From Planctomycetota bacterium (GTDB lineage: Bacteria; Planctomycetota; B15-G4; JADJEK01): 55,660 bases of DNA. The stretch is taken from assembly GCA_043802345.1 (NCBI GenBank), contig JAZDLC010000258.1, positions 1 through 55,660 of the forward strand, in the 5' to 3' direction. The notes below the pieces were generated by a model that saw nothing but the letters and a program-made list of their open reading frames with translations, did no database searches and had not been told where the DNA came from. Made by a program: the position numbers and the translations under genes. How positions within the stretch are numbered: the first letter of the stretch is position 1; every line of letters starts with the position of its first letter. Below, piece after piece: positions 19,201 to 26,765 of the stretch.

Positions 19201-22058
19201 ACCACCGGGCTTCGGTTCGGGGAAGGAGGCAACAGGTATTCCTTCAGCAACCGGCCCGTCCACGACGTCTTGCTGCGCATCGCCTGCCGTGGCGTGCCGT
19301 AGAAGACCACTTCGCCGCCGCCCTTCCCCCCCTCCGGTCCCAGGTCGATGATGCGGTCGGCCGTCTTGATCACGTCCATGTTGTGTTCGATCACCACGAC
19401 CGTGTTGCCGGAGTCGACCAGCACAGCGAGCGCGGACAGCAGGCACTCGATGTCGGCGAAGTGCAAGCCGGTGGTCGGCTCGTCCAGGAGGTACAGGGTG
19501 CTCCCGGTGCCGGGCCGTCCCAGTTCGCGGGCCAGCTTCAGCCGCTGGGCCTCGCCCCCCGACAGGGTGGTCGCCGTCTGGCCGAGCCGCACGTACCCCA
19601 GGCCCACGTCACACATCGTCTTCAAGACCCGGCCCAGCTTCGGATGGGCCTCGAAGAAGGCCGCCGCCTCGACGACCGTCATCTCCAGCACCTGGCGGAT
19701 GTTCTTCGAGCGGTATTCGACCTCCAGCGTTTCCCGGTTGTAGCGCAGCCCGCCACACTCGTCACACGGGATCTCCACGTCCGCCAGGAACTGCATTTCC
19801 ACGACCTTCACGCCGGCTCCCCCGCATTCCTCGCACCGGCCGCCCGCCACGTTGAAGGAGAAGCGTCCCTTGAGATAGCCTCGCGCCTTCGACTCGGGCA
19901 GCATCGCGAACAGGTCTCGAATGTGGGTGAGGGCCCCGCTGTACGTGGCCGGGTTCGAACGAGGTGTGCGCCCGATCGGCGCCTGACCGATCTCGATCAC
20001 CTTGTCGATCCGCTCGGCCCCCTCGATCCGGTCGTGTTCTCCCACCGGCTCCCGCGCGCCGTGAAGGTCCCTTGCCAGCGCCCGCTTCAGCACCCGGTCC
20101 AGCAACGTCGACTTGCCGGAACCGGACACGCCGGTCATGACCACGAAGCATCCCAGCGGGATGCGCACGTCGATGTTCTTCAGGTTGTGGTGCCGGGCTC
20201 CCCGGACGATCAGCTCACCACGGTTCGCCTGCCGCGTCTTCCGCGGCATCGCGATGCTCCGCTCGCCTCTCAGGAACTGCGCGGTCACGGACGTTGCCGA
20301 CCTGAAGACCGCTTCCGGCCGCCCGCTGGCGACCACGTGTCCCCCCTCGTTCCCCGCTCCCGGCCCGATATCGACCAGGAAATCGGAGGCGAGCATGGTG
20401 TCCCGATCGTGCTCCACCACCAGCACCGTGTTCCCGCGGTCCCGGAGCTGCTGCAGGGTCCGGATCAGGCGGTGATTGTCGCGCTGGTGCAAGCCGATCG
20501 ACGGCTCGTCCAGGACATACAACACCCCCTGAAGCTGGGAGCCGACCTGGGTGGCGAGCCGGACTCTCTGCGCCTCGCCGCCCGACAGGGTCCGGGCGCC
20601 GCGATCGAGCGGCAGGTACCCCAGCCCCACATCCGCGAGGAAGCGGAGCCGCGAGCGGATCTCCCGCAGGACCTCCCGGCCGATCTGTTCCTCGGCCGGG
20701 CGCAGCTCGAGTCCGGAGAACCACTCGCACAGCTCCTCCACCGTGGCCGCGGACAGGTCGCTGATGGCGCGGTCGCGGAAGGTGACCGCCCGCGCTTCCG
20801 GCCGCAACCTCGTGCCCTCGCAGAGGCCGCAGACCACGCGCGACATGTACTTCTCGAGATGGGGCGTGCGAGTCACCTTGTACGCCCGCTCCATCGAGGG
20901 GATCAGCCCCCTCAGCGGCCGGTGGTCCGAGCCGCGAACGGTGCGCCCGCTGCTGCCGTCCACATATTCCCAGCTCAGGCGCAGCTTCCTCGTGCCCGAA
21001 CCGAACAGCAGGACATTGCGTTGTTCCTCCGTCAGATCCTTCCAGGGCGTGTCGAGGGAGAAGCGGAAGGCGCTGGCGACCCTCTCCAGCGACTCCGGCC
21101 CGAGCCGCGAGTAGGTCACATAGCCGGTCCTGGAGGTGGTCGCGATCGCCCCCTCCCGGATGGAGAGGTTCTCGTCCGGCACCAGCAGGCGCGGATCGAA
21201 TCGCTGGCTCATGCCCAGTCCGGAGCAACTCCTGCAGGCGCCATACGGTGAGTTGAAGGAGAAGAGCCGCGGCTCCAGCTCGGGAAAGTCGAGTTCGCAG
21301 TCGGGGCAGGCGAGCCGCGAGGAGAACAGCGCGTGCTCCTCGCCGATCAGCGCTGCCACCACGCCGTCCGCCAGCTTGAAGGCCGCCTCGACCGCCTCGG
21401 CGAGCCGGCCGCGGCGCTCCGCAGTGGCGCGCAGCCGATCGACCACGACCTCGATGGTGTGCTTCTGGTACCGCGAGAGGCTGATTTCCTCGTCCAGGCG
21501 GCGCACGGTTCCGTCGATTCGGGCCCGCACGAACCCCTTCAGCCGCAATCCCTCCAGATCCTTGCGATACTCCCCCTTGCGGCCCCGAATGATCGGCGCC
21601 AGCACCTGCACCGTGCCCCCCTTGGCCTGGCCCAGGAGCCGGTCCGCGATCTGATCCCGCGTCTGCGCCACCAGCCCCCGGCCGCATTTCGGGCAGTGCG
21701 CCTCCCCCAACCTGGCGAACAGGAGCCGCAGATGGTCGTGGATCTCGGTGATGGTGCCGACCGTCGAGCGCGGGTTCCGGTTGACCGTCTTCTGATCGAT
21801 CGAGATGGTCGGCGAGAGCCCGTCGACCCGGTCGACCCTCGGCTTGTCCAGATTCCCCAGGAACTGGCGCGCGTAGGCGGACAGCGACTCGATGAACCGC
21901 CTCTGTCCTTCCTGGAAGATCGTGTCAAAGGCGAGCGACGACTTCCCAGACCCGGAGACGCCGGTAATGGTCGTCAAAGCCGACCTGGGAATCCGCAGAT
22001 CGATGCTCTTCAGGTTGTGCTCACGAGCACCTTCTACGACAATCTCGTTGAGGGACAT
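16278..22058 (-). CDS. uvrA: Tandem-fused excinuclease ABC subunit A (two complete UvrA units in one 1926-aa polypeptide)
   Basis: There are four Walker A motifs: GVSGSGKSS near residue 33, GVSGSGKST near 643, GVSGSGKTS near 991, and GVSGSGKST in the last quarter. There are four LSGGEAQR signatures, and CxxC zinc modules occur in both halves. Unit 1 is about residues 1-945, a P/S-rich linker spans about 946-962, and unit 2 runs from about 963 to 1926. The stop overlaps the XPB ATG (ATGA 16278-16281). Confidence 0.9.
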   Translation of the reverse strand: MSLNEIVVEGAREHNLKSIDLRIPRSALTTITGVSGSGKSSLAFDTIFQEGQRRFIESLSAYARQFLGNLDKPRVDRVDGLSPTISIDQKTVNRNPRSTVGTITEIHDHLRLLFARLGEAHCPKCGRGLVAQTRDQIADRLLGQAKGGTVQVLAPIIRGRKGEYRKDLEGLRLKGFVRARIDGTVRRLDEEISLSRYQKHTIEVVVDRLRATAERRGRLAEAVEAAFKLADGVVAALIGEEHALFSSRLACPDCELDFPELEPRLFSFNSPYGACRSCSGLGMSQRFDPRLLVPDENLSIREGAIATTSRTGYVTYSRLGPESLERVASAFRFSLDTPWKDLTEEQRNVLLFGSGTRKLRLSWEYVDGSSGRTVRGSDHRPLRGLIPSMERAYKVTRTPHLEKYMSRVVCGLCEGTRLRPEARAVTFRDRAISDLSAATVEELCEWFSGLELRPAEEQIGREVLREIRSRLRFLADVGLGYLPLDRGARTLSGGEAQRVRLATQVGSQLQGVLYVLDEPSIGLHQRDNHRLIRTLQQLRDRGNTVLVVEHDRDTMLASDFLVDIGPGAGNEGGHVVASGRPEAVFRSATSVTAQFLRGERSIAMPRKTRQANRGELIVRGARHHNLKNIDVRIPLGCFVVMTGVSGSGKSTLLDRVLKRALARDLHGAREPVGEHDRIEGAERIDKVIEIGQAPIGRTPRSNPATYSGALTHIRDLFAMLPESKARGYLKGRFSFNVAGGRCEECGGAGVKVVEMQFLADVEIPCDECGGLRYNRETLEVEYRSKNIRQVLEMTVVEAAAFFEAHPKLGRVLKTMCDVGLGYVRLGQTATTLSGGEAQRLKLARELGRPGTGSTLYLLDEPTTGLHFADIECLLSALAVLVDSGNTVVVIEHNMDVIKTADRIIDLGPEGGKGGGEVVFYGTPRQAMRSKTSWTGRLLKEYLLPPSPNRSPVVKESGPGGEVPLRVVGASVNNLKRLDVEIPRGSFTVVTGVSGSGKTSLAFDTIFSEAQRRFVESMSTYARRFLSRMDRAPVDLIEGLSPAVAIDRRAASKNPRSTVATSTEIHDYLRVLYARVGTAHCPECGRVLEASPPGLAARETVARFPGRKIHLLAPLYRKSLGGRQPLERPARFLEIREELLKEGFVRYALDGEELRLEDAPPRRLAEVRRIDLIVDRVLVRGSSRTRLAESFEQAYRRGNNLALVRDQDGEERLFTREPACPAHGIRLAEEPHPRLFSFNSHLGACGECDGLGRLERCDEDRLIENPGRPLFKGALVAPWKRTLSRRHFGVSRVLSALAERHDFDLDAPFGDLPEAVRRIILRGHPDPVRVEVVRNSRHSRREYSFDVKWAGICGMFEAKYQVPGEGRWWRQRLHPLMVEGECPACHGERLNPLSRSFRLGGKTLGELSRLTVEEALRFFRELKLEGSRGEIAREILKEIQNRIEVLNEIGLDYLQLDRRSSTLSGGEAQRLRLATQLGNRLVGVLYVLDEPTIGLHPRDTARLIETLENLKQLGNTILVVEHDLDVIRAADYLIDIGPGAGHRGGQVVSAGPVSHVENDPRSLTGAYLRNQKQVPLPAARRDTSKTAIRLEGACLHNLRSLDVSIPAGAMTCVTGVSGSGKSTLVMDLLEPAVRRRLRGDRDLRGTFQSLSISERVRNLAVVDQSPLGPTPSSNPATYTGIFDRIREVFAATPEARMRGFQKGRFSFNLSGGRCEACEGRGMVQVEMHFLSDVYVTCEACEGKRFERETLGVTFGGKSIADVLEMEVCEALEFFRNHPRIRRTLRLLDDVGLGYLRLGQSATTLSGGEAQRVKLASELAGPARGETLYLLDEPTTGLHLDDVARLVAVLGRLVDGGNTVLVIEHNPDVVKCADHVIDLGPEGGLRGGRLVVQGTPEDVAACGASHTGQRLRQELTKSRSVSELEHTA

Positions 22059-22236
22059 CGGTGCGGCTGTCTAACCGGTGCGCGGCGCCGAGCTCCTTTC
22101 CTTCTGATGGTCGACCCAACGATCAACATGTTTCTCTCGATCAGAGGGAAGCGGTTGATACTACTGCCTCCGGTCCGCGCGGTGGAAGGGTGTTGCCGGA
22201 AGAATCTCCAGACTTGAGAGGAGCCTGCCGACCCTG

Positions 22237-23088
22237 TTGAATGTCGGTGACGACCGATCCCAAGTTGGGGGCCAATCTGCCTTGACGGAGAACTCGAACG
22301 AGCTGGCGACGTCGGAGGGGCCGCCCCGCGCTCTTCTGAAGGTGATCGTGGTCATGCCGGCGTACAACGCGGCGGACACGCTCGAGCGGACCTATCGCGA
22401 CATTCCCCGGGATTGCGTCGACGAGATCATCCTCGTGGACGACGTCTCCAGCGACGACACGGTCGAGGTTTCGCGGCGGCTGGACGTCACAACCATCCAG
22501 CACGAGCGGAATACCGGCTACGGCGGCAACCAGAAGACCTGCTACAGAGAGGCCCTGGCCCGCGGCGCCGACATCGTGATCATGGTGCACCCGGACTACC
22601 AGTACGACTCCCGGGTGATTCCCGCGATGATCTCGTTCCTGCGCCTGAACATCTGCGACGCGGTGTTCGGCTCCCGCATCCGGACGCGCGAGGAGGCGCT
22701 CCAGGGCGGCATGCCGTGGTGGAAGTACATCGCCAACCGGTGCCTGACGATGACCGAGAACATCGTTCTCGGCCAGAACCTCAGCGACGCCCACACCGGC
22801 CTTCGGGCCTACACCCGGCAGGTGCTCGAGACCATTCCGTTCCAGAACAACTCGGACGATTTCGTGTTCGATTCCCAGTTCATCTCGCAGTTGGTCTACT
22901 TCGGGTTCAGGATCGGGGATGTCCCGGTGCCGACGCGGTATTTCCGCGAGGCCTCCTCGATCAACTTCAAGCGCAGCGTGGAATACGGGCTCTCCACCCT
23001 GGCGACCATGGGACGGTATCTCCTGCAAAGAGCCGGCCTGGCCCACTTCGCGATCTACGCCGCGGACAGGGATTCCAAGACCCGGTGA
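22237..23088 (+). CDS. GT2 family glycosyltransferase, polyprenyl-phosphate sugar synthase type (ArnC/Dpm1-like)
   Basis: It has [14 protein letters not shown] and [11 protein letters not shown] motifs, [10 protein letters not shown], and a C-terminal amphipathic region. The start is uncertain: ATG 22237, or a GTG just before VIVVMPAYN. Confidence 0.85.
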   Translation: MNVGDDRSQVGGQSALTENSNELATSEGPPRALLKVIVVMPAYNAADTLERTYRDIPRDCVDEIILVDDVSSDDTVEVSRRLDVTTIQHERNTGYGGNQKTCYREALARGADIVIMVHPDYQYDSRVIPAMISFLRLNICDAVFGSRIRTREEALQGGMPWWKYIANRCLTMTENIVLGQNLSDAHTGLRAYTRQVLETIPFQNNSDDFVFDSQFISQLVYFGFRIGDVPVPTRYFREASSINFKRSVEYGLSTLATMGRYLLQRAGLAHFAIYAADRDSKTR

Positions 23089-24596
23089 AGCGCACCATCC
23101 TGCTGTTCTTCCTGCTGCTCATGCTCGGCAAGACCTTTGCCGCGTCCCGGCTGGACCTGTTTGGCGACGAGGCGTTCTACTTCATGTGCAGCGGCCGGAT
23201 GGACGTCGCCTTCGCGGACCATCCCTTCATGACCGCGCTCCTCGTCAAGATCGGAACCAGCCTGCTGGGTCCCGTCGAGCTCGGCTGCAGGCTGGTCTTC
23301 CTGCTGCTGGGCGCCCTTTTCCCGCTGCTGATCTTCCGCCTGGCGCGCCCCCTCGTGGGCTCCAGGGACGCATGGCTCGCGGCCGGCCTGAGTCTGGTCA
23401 TGCCGGCCACCGCGCACCTCGGGCTGCTGGCGCTTCCGGACGTGCCCCATCTGTTCCTGGCCGCGCTGGCGCTGCTCCTGTTTCTGAGGGCCGTCGAGCG
23501 GCCGGCGACCTGGCTGTTCGTCGCCGCCGGGGTGGTCACGGCGCTCGGCCTCTCGACCCACTACCGATTCGTCCTGGTGCCGTTCTCGTTCGGGTTGTGT
23601 CTGATCCTGACGCGATCGGGCCGGGCTCTGCTTCGCACCAGGGGCCCCTGGCTTGCGTTGCTGACGATGCTGCCCGGCCTGCTGCCGGCACTCCTCTATA
23701 ACGTGCGGCTCGACTTCGCCCCCTTCCGCTACCAGGCAATGGACCGCCACGGTTCCGGCTTCGACCTGAAGGCCCTGGCCGAGCATATCCCGGCCCAGAT
23801 GGTGGCAACAACTCCCCTGATGTACGTGGTCCTCGTCGCCACCCTGGTCGTGATGCTGCGGAGGATGCGGCAAGGCGACGCGCGCATGGCTCCCCTGGCT
23901 CTCTTCAGCCTTTCGCACCTCGGTCTCTACCTCCTGGCGAGCCCCATCACCGACGCGAGCCACGCCAGCATCCACTGGCCGGCGCCCGGGTACCTGCCGC
24001 TGCTCGTCTTCGCGCCGGGAATCCTGCGGGAGTTCCTGCAGAGGAAGCCGACCCGCCTGCGGCGCGCGCTGGTCGTGGCCACACCCGGACTGGGGGTGCT
24101 GGTCCTCTCGCTGGCCTTCCTCGAGCTGAACACACACCTGTTCCGGATTCAGTCCCTCGCACGCCCCTTCGCCGGCTGGACGGAGGTGGCCCGGGAGGCC
24201 GGCCGCCAGCTCGCGGACCATCCGGAGCTCGCGCGGGCAGGGTCGCTGCCGCTGCTGGTGGCGGACAACTACATGCTCGCCGGCAACCTCGAGCTCAAGC
24301 TTGCGGGCCGGGCGGAGCTGTTCGTCCTGGACCACCAGAAGGGTTACGAACACGGCCGAGCGGCACAGTTCGCGCAGTGGGGAAACGGCGAGGAGGGGCT
24401 GAGAGGGAGGACCGGAGAGGATGCCCTGGTCGTGGTCGAGCGGACCCGCACCAGTTCCCGAGGCTGGGAAGCCTGGCGAGCGCATGTCGCTGCCTTCTTC
24501 CAGAAGCTGGAGCCGTTGGCGGAGATCGAGACGCCCGGCGGGAAGAGCGGCAAGCCGAAACGGTTCGAGTTCTATGTGGGGCGTGGCATCAGGTAG
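23085..24596 (+). CDS. GT-C fold glycosyltransferase, ArnT/PMT (GT39/GT83-like) family, polytopic membrane protein
   Basis: The GTG at 23085 overlaps the GT2 stop (GTGA). It has a first-loop DE motif (LFGDEAFYF), about 10 or more hydrophobic helices, and a soluble C-terminal domain. The upstream part of ORF 22413..24596 lies out of frame inside the GT2 gene. Confidence 0.8.
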   Translation: MKRTILLFFLLLMLGKTFAASRLDLFGDEAFYFMCSGRMDVAFADHPFMTALLVKIGTSLLGPVELGCRLVFLLLGALFPLLIFRLARPLVGSRDAWLAAGLSLVMPATAHLGLLALPDVPHLFLAALALLLFLRAVERPATWLFVAAGVVTALGLSTHYRFVLVPFSFGLCLILTRSGRALLRTRGPWLALLTMLPGLLPALLYNVRLDFAPFRYQAMDRHGSGFDLKALAEHIPAQMVATTPLMYVVLVATLVVMLRRMRQGDARMAPLALFSLSHLGLYLLASPITDASHASIHWPAPGYLPLLVFAPGILREFLQRKPTRLRRALVVATPGLGVLVLSLAFLELNTHLFRIQSLARPFAGWTEVAREAGRQLADHPELARAGSLPLLVADNYMLAGNLELKLAGRAELFVLDHQKGYEHGRAAQFAQWGNGEEGLRGRTGEDALVVVERTRTSSRGWEAWRAHVAAFFQKLEPLAEIETPGGKSGKPKRFEFYVGRGIR

Positions 24597-24717
24597 TTCC
24601 CGTTCGCGCCCGTGCCCCAACGGAGGTTTGGAATCCCGGGAAGGAACCCGCTCGTCCGTCGTCCCAGTATGGCGGCCACGGGAAGCGTGGCGTTGCTCCA
24701 CCAGGAAGGGTGTTCCC

Positions 24718-25902
24718 ATGCTCATACAAACACTGCTCTTCGTCGCACTCTTCTGTGGCCCGCGGGGGCCGGCCACGGACGACTTCTCCAGTTTCGTCCA
24801 GCGCAAGGGTGACTCGATCACGATCCAGTTCGACACCGTGGGCGGCACCCCGCTCGTCGACTTTGTCGAATTCGCCCAGACGATCATCGCTGTGCCGCTC
24901 GACTTCGACGAGCGGGATCTCTCTGGGATCGTGCTGAAGACGATGGGCGCGAAGACCGTCACCACCAGGACGTTCTGGCCCTACTTTCAGGCCGTCCTGA
25001 GGTCCCGGGACATCGTGGTCGTACCGTATGGCAATGTGCTCTCGTCCGATCGTCCCGGGAGCGGTCCCGACACCGGTTTCTATGCACTCAGGAAGAGCGC
25101 CGGTGGAGTGAGCGGCGCCAAGCCGGGCTACATCAAGTCCCAGGCTCCCGTGGTGTCGCCGGAGGAGTTGGTCAGCTTCCAGTATCAAACGGGCATTGTC
25201 CTCACCACCTCGTTTACTCTGGAGCATTTGGCCTGCCAGGAAGCGGCGAACATGCTCCAGACCTACTTCACCGATCCGATGCTCGAGAGCGTCCGCGCGG
25301 TCTCGAACTCGAACACGATCGTGGCAACAGGCTTTGCCGGGACCCTCTACGGAATCCACGAGTTGCTGCAGCTCATCGACGTGGACCGGGTCCCCAGCAC
25401 ACAGGAGCTCCGGAGAATCGTCCTGAAGAACGCAGTGGCGGAGGAGGTCAAGCCGATCGTGCTCTCGATGCTCGGCTCGATCGCGGACTTCTCAGGTCAG
25501 CAGGGTCAGCCTCGGCGGGCGGGCCCAGGTCTGGACATGGAGCCCCGCCCCTCGGTCGAAGCTGACGCCCGGACCAACGCCCTGCTGGTCATCGCCTCCC
25601 CGCAGATCCAGCAGCAGATCTCCACGCTGGTCGAGCAACTCGATCTGGAGGTGAAGCCCGCCGGCAAGACCACGGTCATCTCCCTCGAAAACGCCGTGGC
25701 CGCGGAGCTGGCGGACACCCTGAGGGAGTGGGCGGAGAGTTCCGGCTCCGGTTGGATCAGCATCGTGCCGGACGCCCGCTTGAACGCACTGCTGATCACC
25801 ACCTCGGACGAACAATTGTCGCAGGTCCTCACGCTGGTGAAGCAACTGGACGTGCGCCAACGGCAGCCCCGGGCGGAGGAAGCCGGCGGCTCGCAGGGTT
25901 GA
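24718..25902 (+). CDS. Secretin N-domain protein (GspD N0/N1-N3-like) lacking the secretin pore domain (394 aa)
   Basis: The internal ATG at 24718 gives a signal peptide (MLIQTLLFVALFCGP). Repeated Secretin_N-type modules end in TNALLVIASPQIQQQISTLVEQLD and ARLNALLITTSDEQLSQVLTLVKQLD. The ORF stops at 25902 and no beta-barrel secretin domain follows. Confidence 0.7.
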   Translation: MLIQTLLFVALFCGPRGPATDDFSSFVQRKGDSITIQFDTVGGTPLVDFVEFAQTIIAVPLDFDERDLSGIVLKTMGAKTVTTRTFWPYFQAVLRSRDIVVVPYGNVLSSDRPGSGPDTGFYALRKSAGGVSGAKPGYIKSQAPVVSPEELVSFQYQTGIVLTTSFTLEHLACQEAANMLQTYFTDPMLESVRAVSNSNTIVATGFAGTLYGIHELLQLIDVDRVPSTQELRRIVLKNAVAEEVKPIVLSMLGSIADFSGQQGQPRRAGPGLDMEPRPSVEADARTNALLVIASPQIQQQISTLVEQLDLEVKPAGKTTVISLENAVAAELADTLREWAESSGSGWISIVPDARLNALLITTSDEQLSQVLTLVKQLDVRQRQPRAEEAGGSQG

Positions 25903-26122
25903 GATCCGGTTCCGTGCGCGAACAGGTACTCGTACACATCTGATCCTTGCCTGCAAGGACGAAGGGGTCCCTCTCGCGTGCTTCACATTCACAAGGAGCT
26001 CGGCGCGGAGCACGCGACAACGGTGGAGGCGGGAGCATTGCTGCACGACCTGCAAGGCGCGTGCCACCGGGCAACGCGTTTCGTACTCGAACCGGATTCC
26101 GTTGGTCCGCTCCCAGCAGGCC

Positions 26123-26605
26123 TCACTCGGTCAGGTACCCCGCCAAGAAGTAGAAGCAGTCCAGGCGCGACGTTCCATCGGCCGTTCGAGCCAGCACCAC
26201 GTCGGAGCCAGGCGGGAACTTGAAGCCGACTCCGGAACCTGTGTTCCCCGCGAAGTCTGAGCCCGATAACTGCCACGGAATCACGAGAGTTCCTTTCTTC
26301 GCCCCCTTCAACCGCACTTCCAGGTCCGGTTCCGGGAACAGCATCTTCTTCGTCTTGGTGGTCCGCAAATCGGTGATGACGAGCCACAAGTCGTCAGGAA
26401 CCGTGTAGAGCACCTCCTGGTCCCCCGGCTTCTTGAAACCTGCGATCCCGGTCACGTTGACGATCCGGTCCGCGACCGAGGGTGGCCAGCTACCTTGGGC
26501 GACCTGCCCTGCTTTCTCCTGGCCCTCCGCCAGACCGCCGGCCAGAGCCAGACCGGCGCAGAGCCCCAGTGCTGCGAGCGAGATTCCCTGCCTCATCGTG
26601 TGCAT
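26123..26605 (-). CDS. Secreted hypothetical protein (160 aa)
   Basis: It has a signal peptide (MRQGISLAALGLCAGLALAGG) and coding-type codon bias. No family recognised. Confidence 0.6.
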   Translation of the reverse strand: MHTMRQGISLAALGLCAGLALAGGLAEGQEKAGQVAQGSWPPSVADRIVNVTGIAGFKKPGDQEVLYTVPDDLWLVITDLRTTKTKKMLFPEPDLEVRLKGAKKGTLVIPWQLSGSDFAGNTGSGVGFKFPPGSDVVLARTADGTSRLDCFYFLAGYLTE

Positions 26606-26681
26606 TCCTCCGGATTCGATGGGAACTGTGGTGCGACGATTGTCCAGGGGATCATACGCGATCCGGCACGCACGTCACCGC

Positions 26682-26711
26682 TTGACTTCTCGAGAGATCA
26701 AGGCGTAGGTT
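26682..26711 (+). promoter_or_regulatory. Candidate sigma-70-type promoter for serA
   Basis: TTGACT-N18-TAGGTT lies about 55 nt upstream of the serA ATG, in a divergent intergenic region. Motif match only. Confidence 0.3.
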
Positions 26712-26765
26712 CCGTGCCGAACTTTCCCTGCCCGCCGGATCCGGGCTGAAGACAACCAAGAACTG

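Noticed and set aside
17274-21251. A 1325-codon plus-strand ORF opposite uvrA-uvrA
   Set aside because: It is an antisense shadow of a gene with four intact ABC modules. The same reasoning applies to the shadow ORFs 13197..14429(+), 23055..24965(-), 28259..29893(-), 30275..31627(-), 33840..35123(-), 35146..36951(+), 44558..45748(+), 47541..48938(+), 50116..51183(+), 51456..52538(+) and 52724..54010(+).
22413-23084. N-terminal 224 codons of ORF 22413..24596
   Set aside because: This part lies out of frame inside the GT2 gene and is R/P-rich. A GTG at 23085 overlapping the GT2 stop gives a sensible GT-C N-terminus. The same logic trimmed the ORF extensions 24421-24717, 27518-28216, 9920-10072, 11349-11588, 11831-12214, 50090-50443, 53651-54178, 37434-37547, 38869-39051, 41565-41636 and 45719-45775.
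26058-26081. Hairpin CGCGTGCC-ACCG-GGCAACGCG followed by TTT, considered as a terminator for the secretin-like gene
   Set aside because: It has only 8 bp with a bulge and a 3-nt T-tract, about 155 nt past the stop. That is too weak to call an intrinsic terminator. The 5-bp hairpin GGGGT-N7-ACCCC at 41024-41040 between the sulfatase-fold gene and fliN is also too weak.
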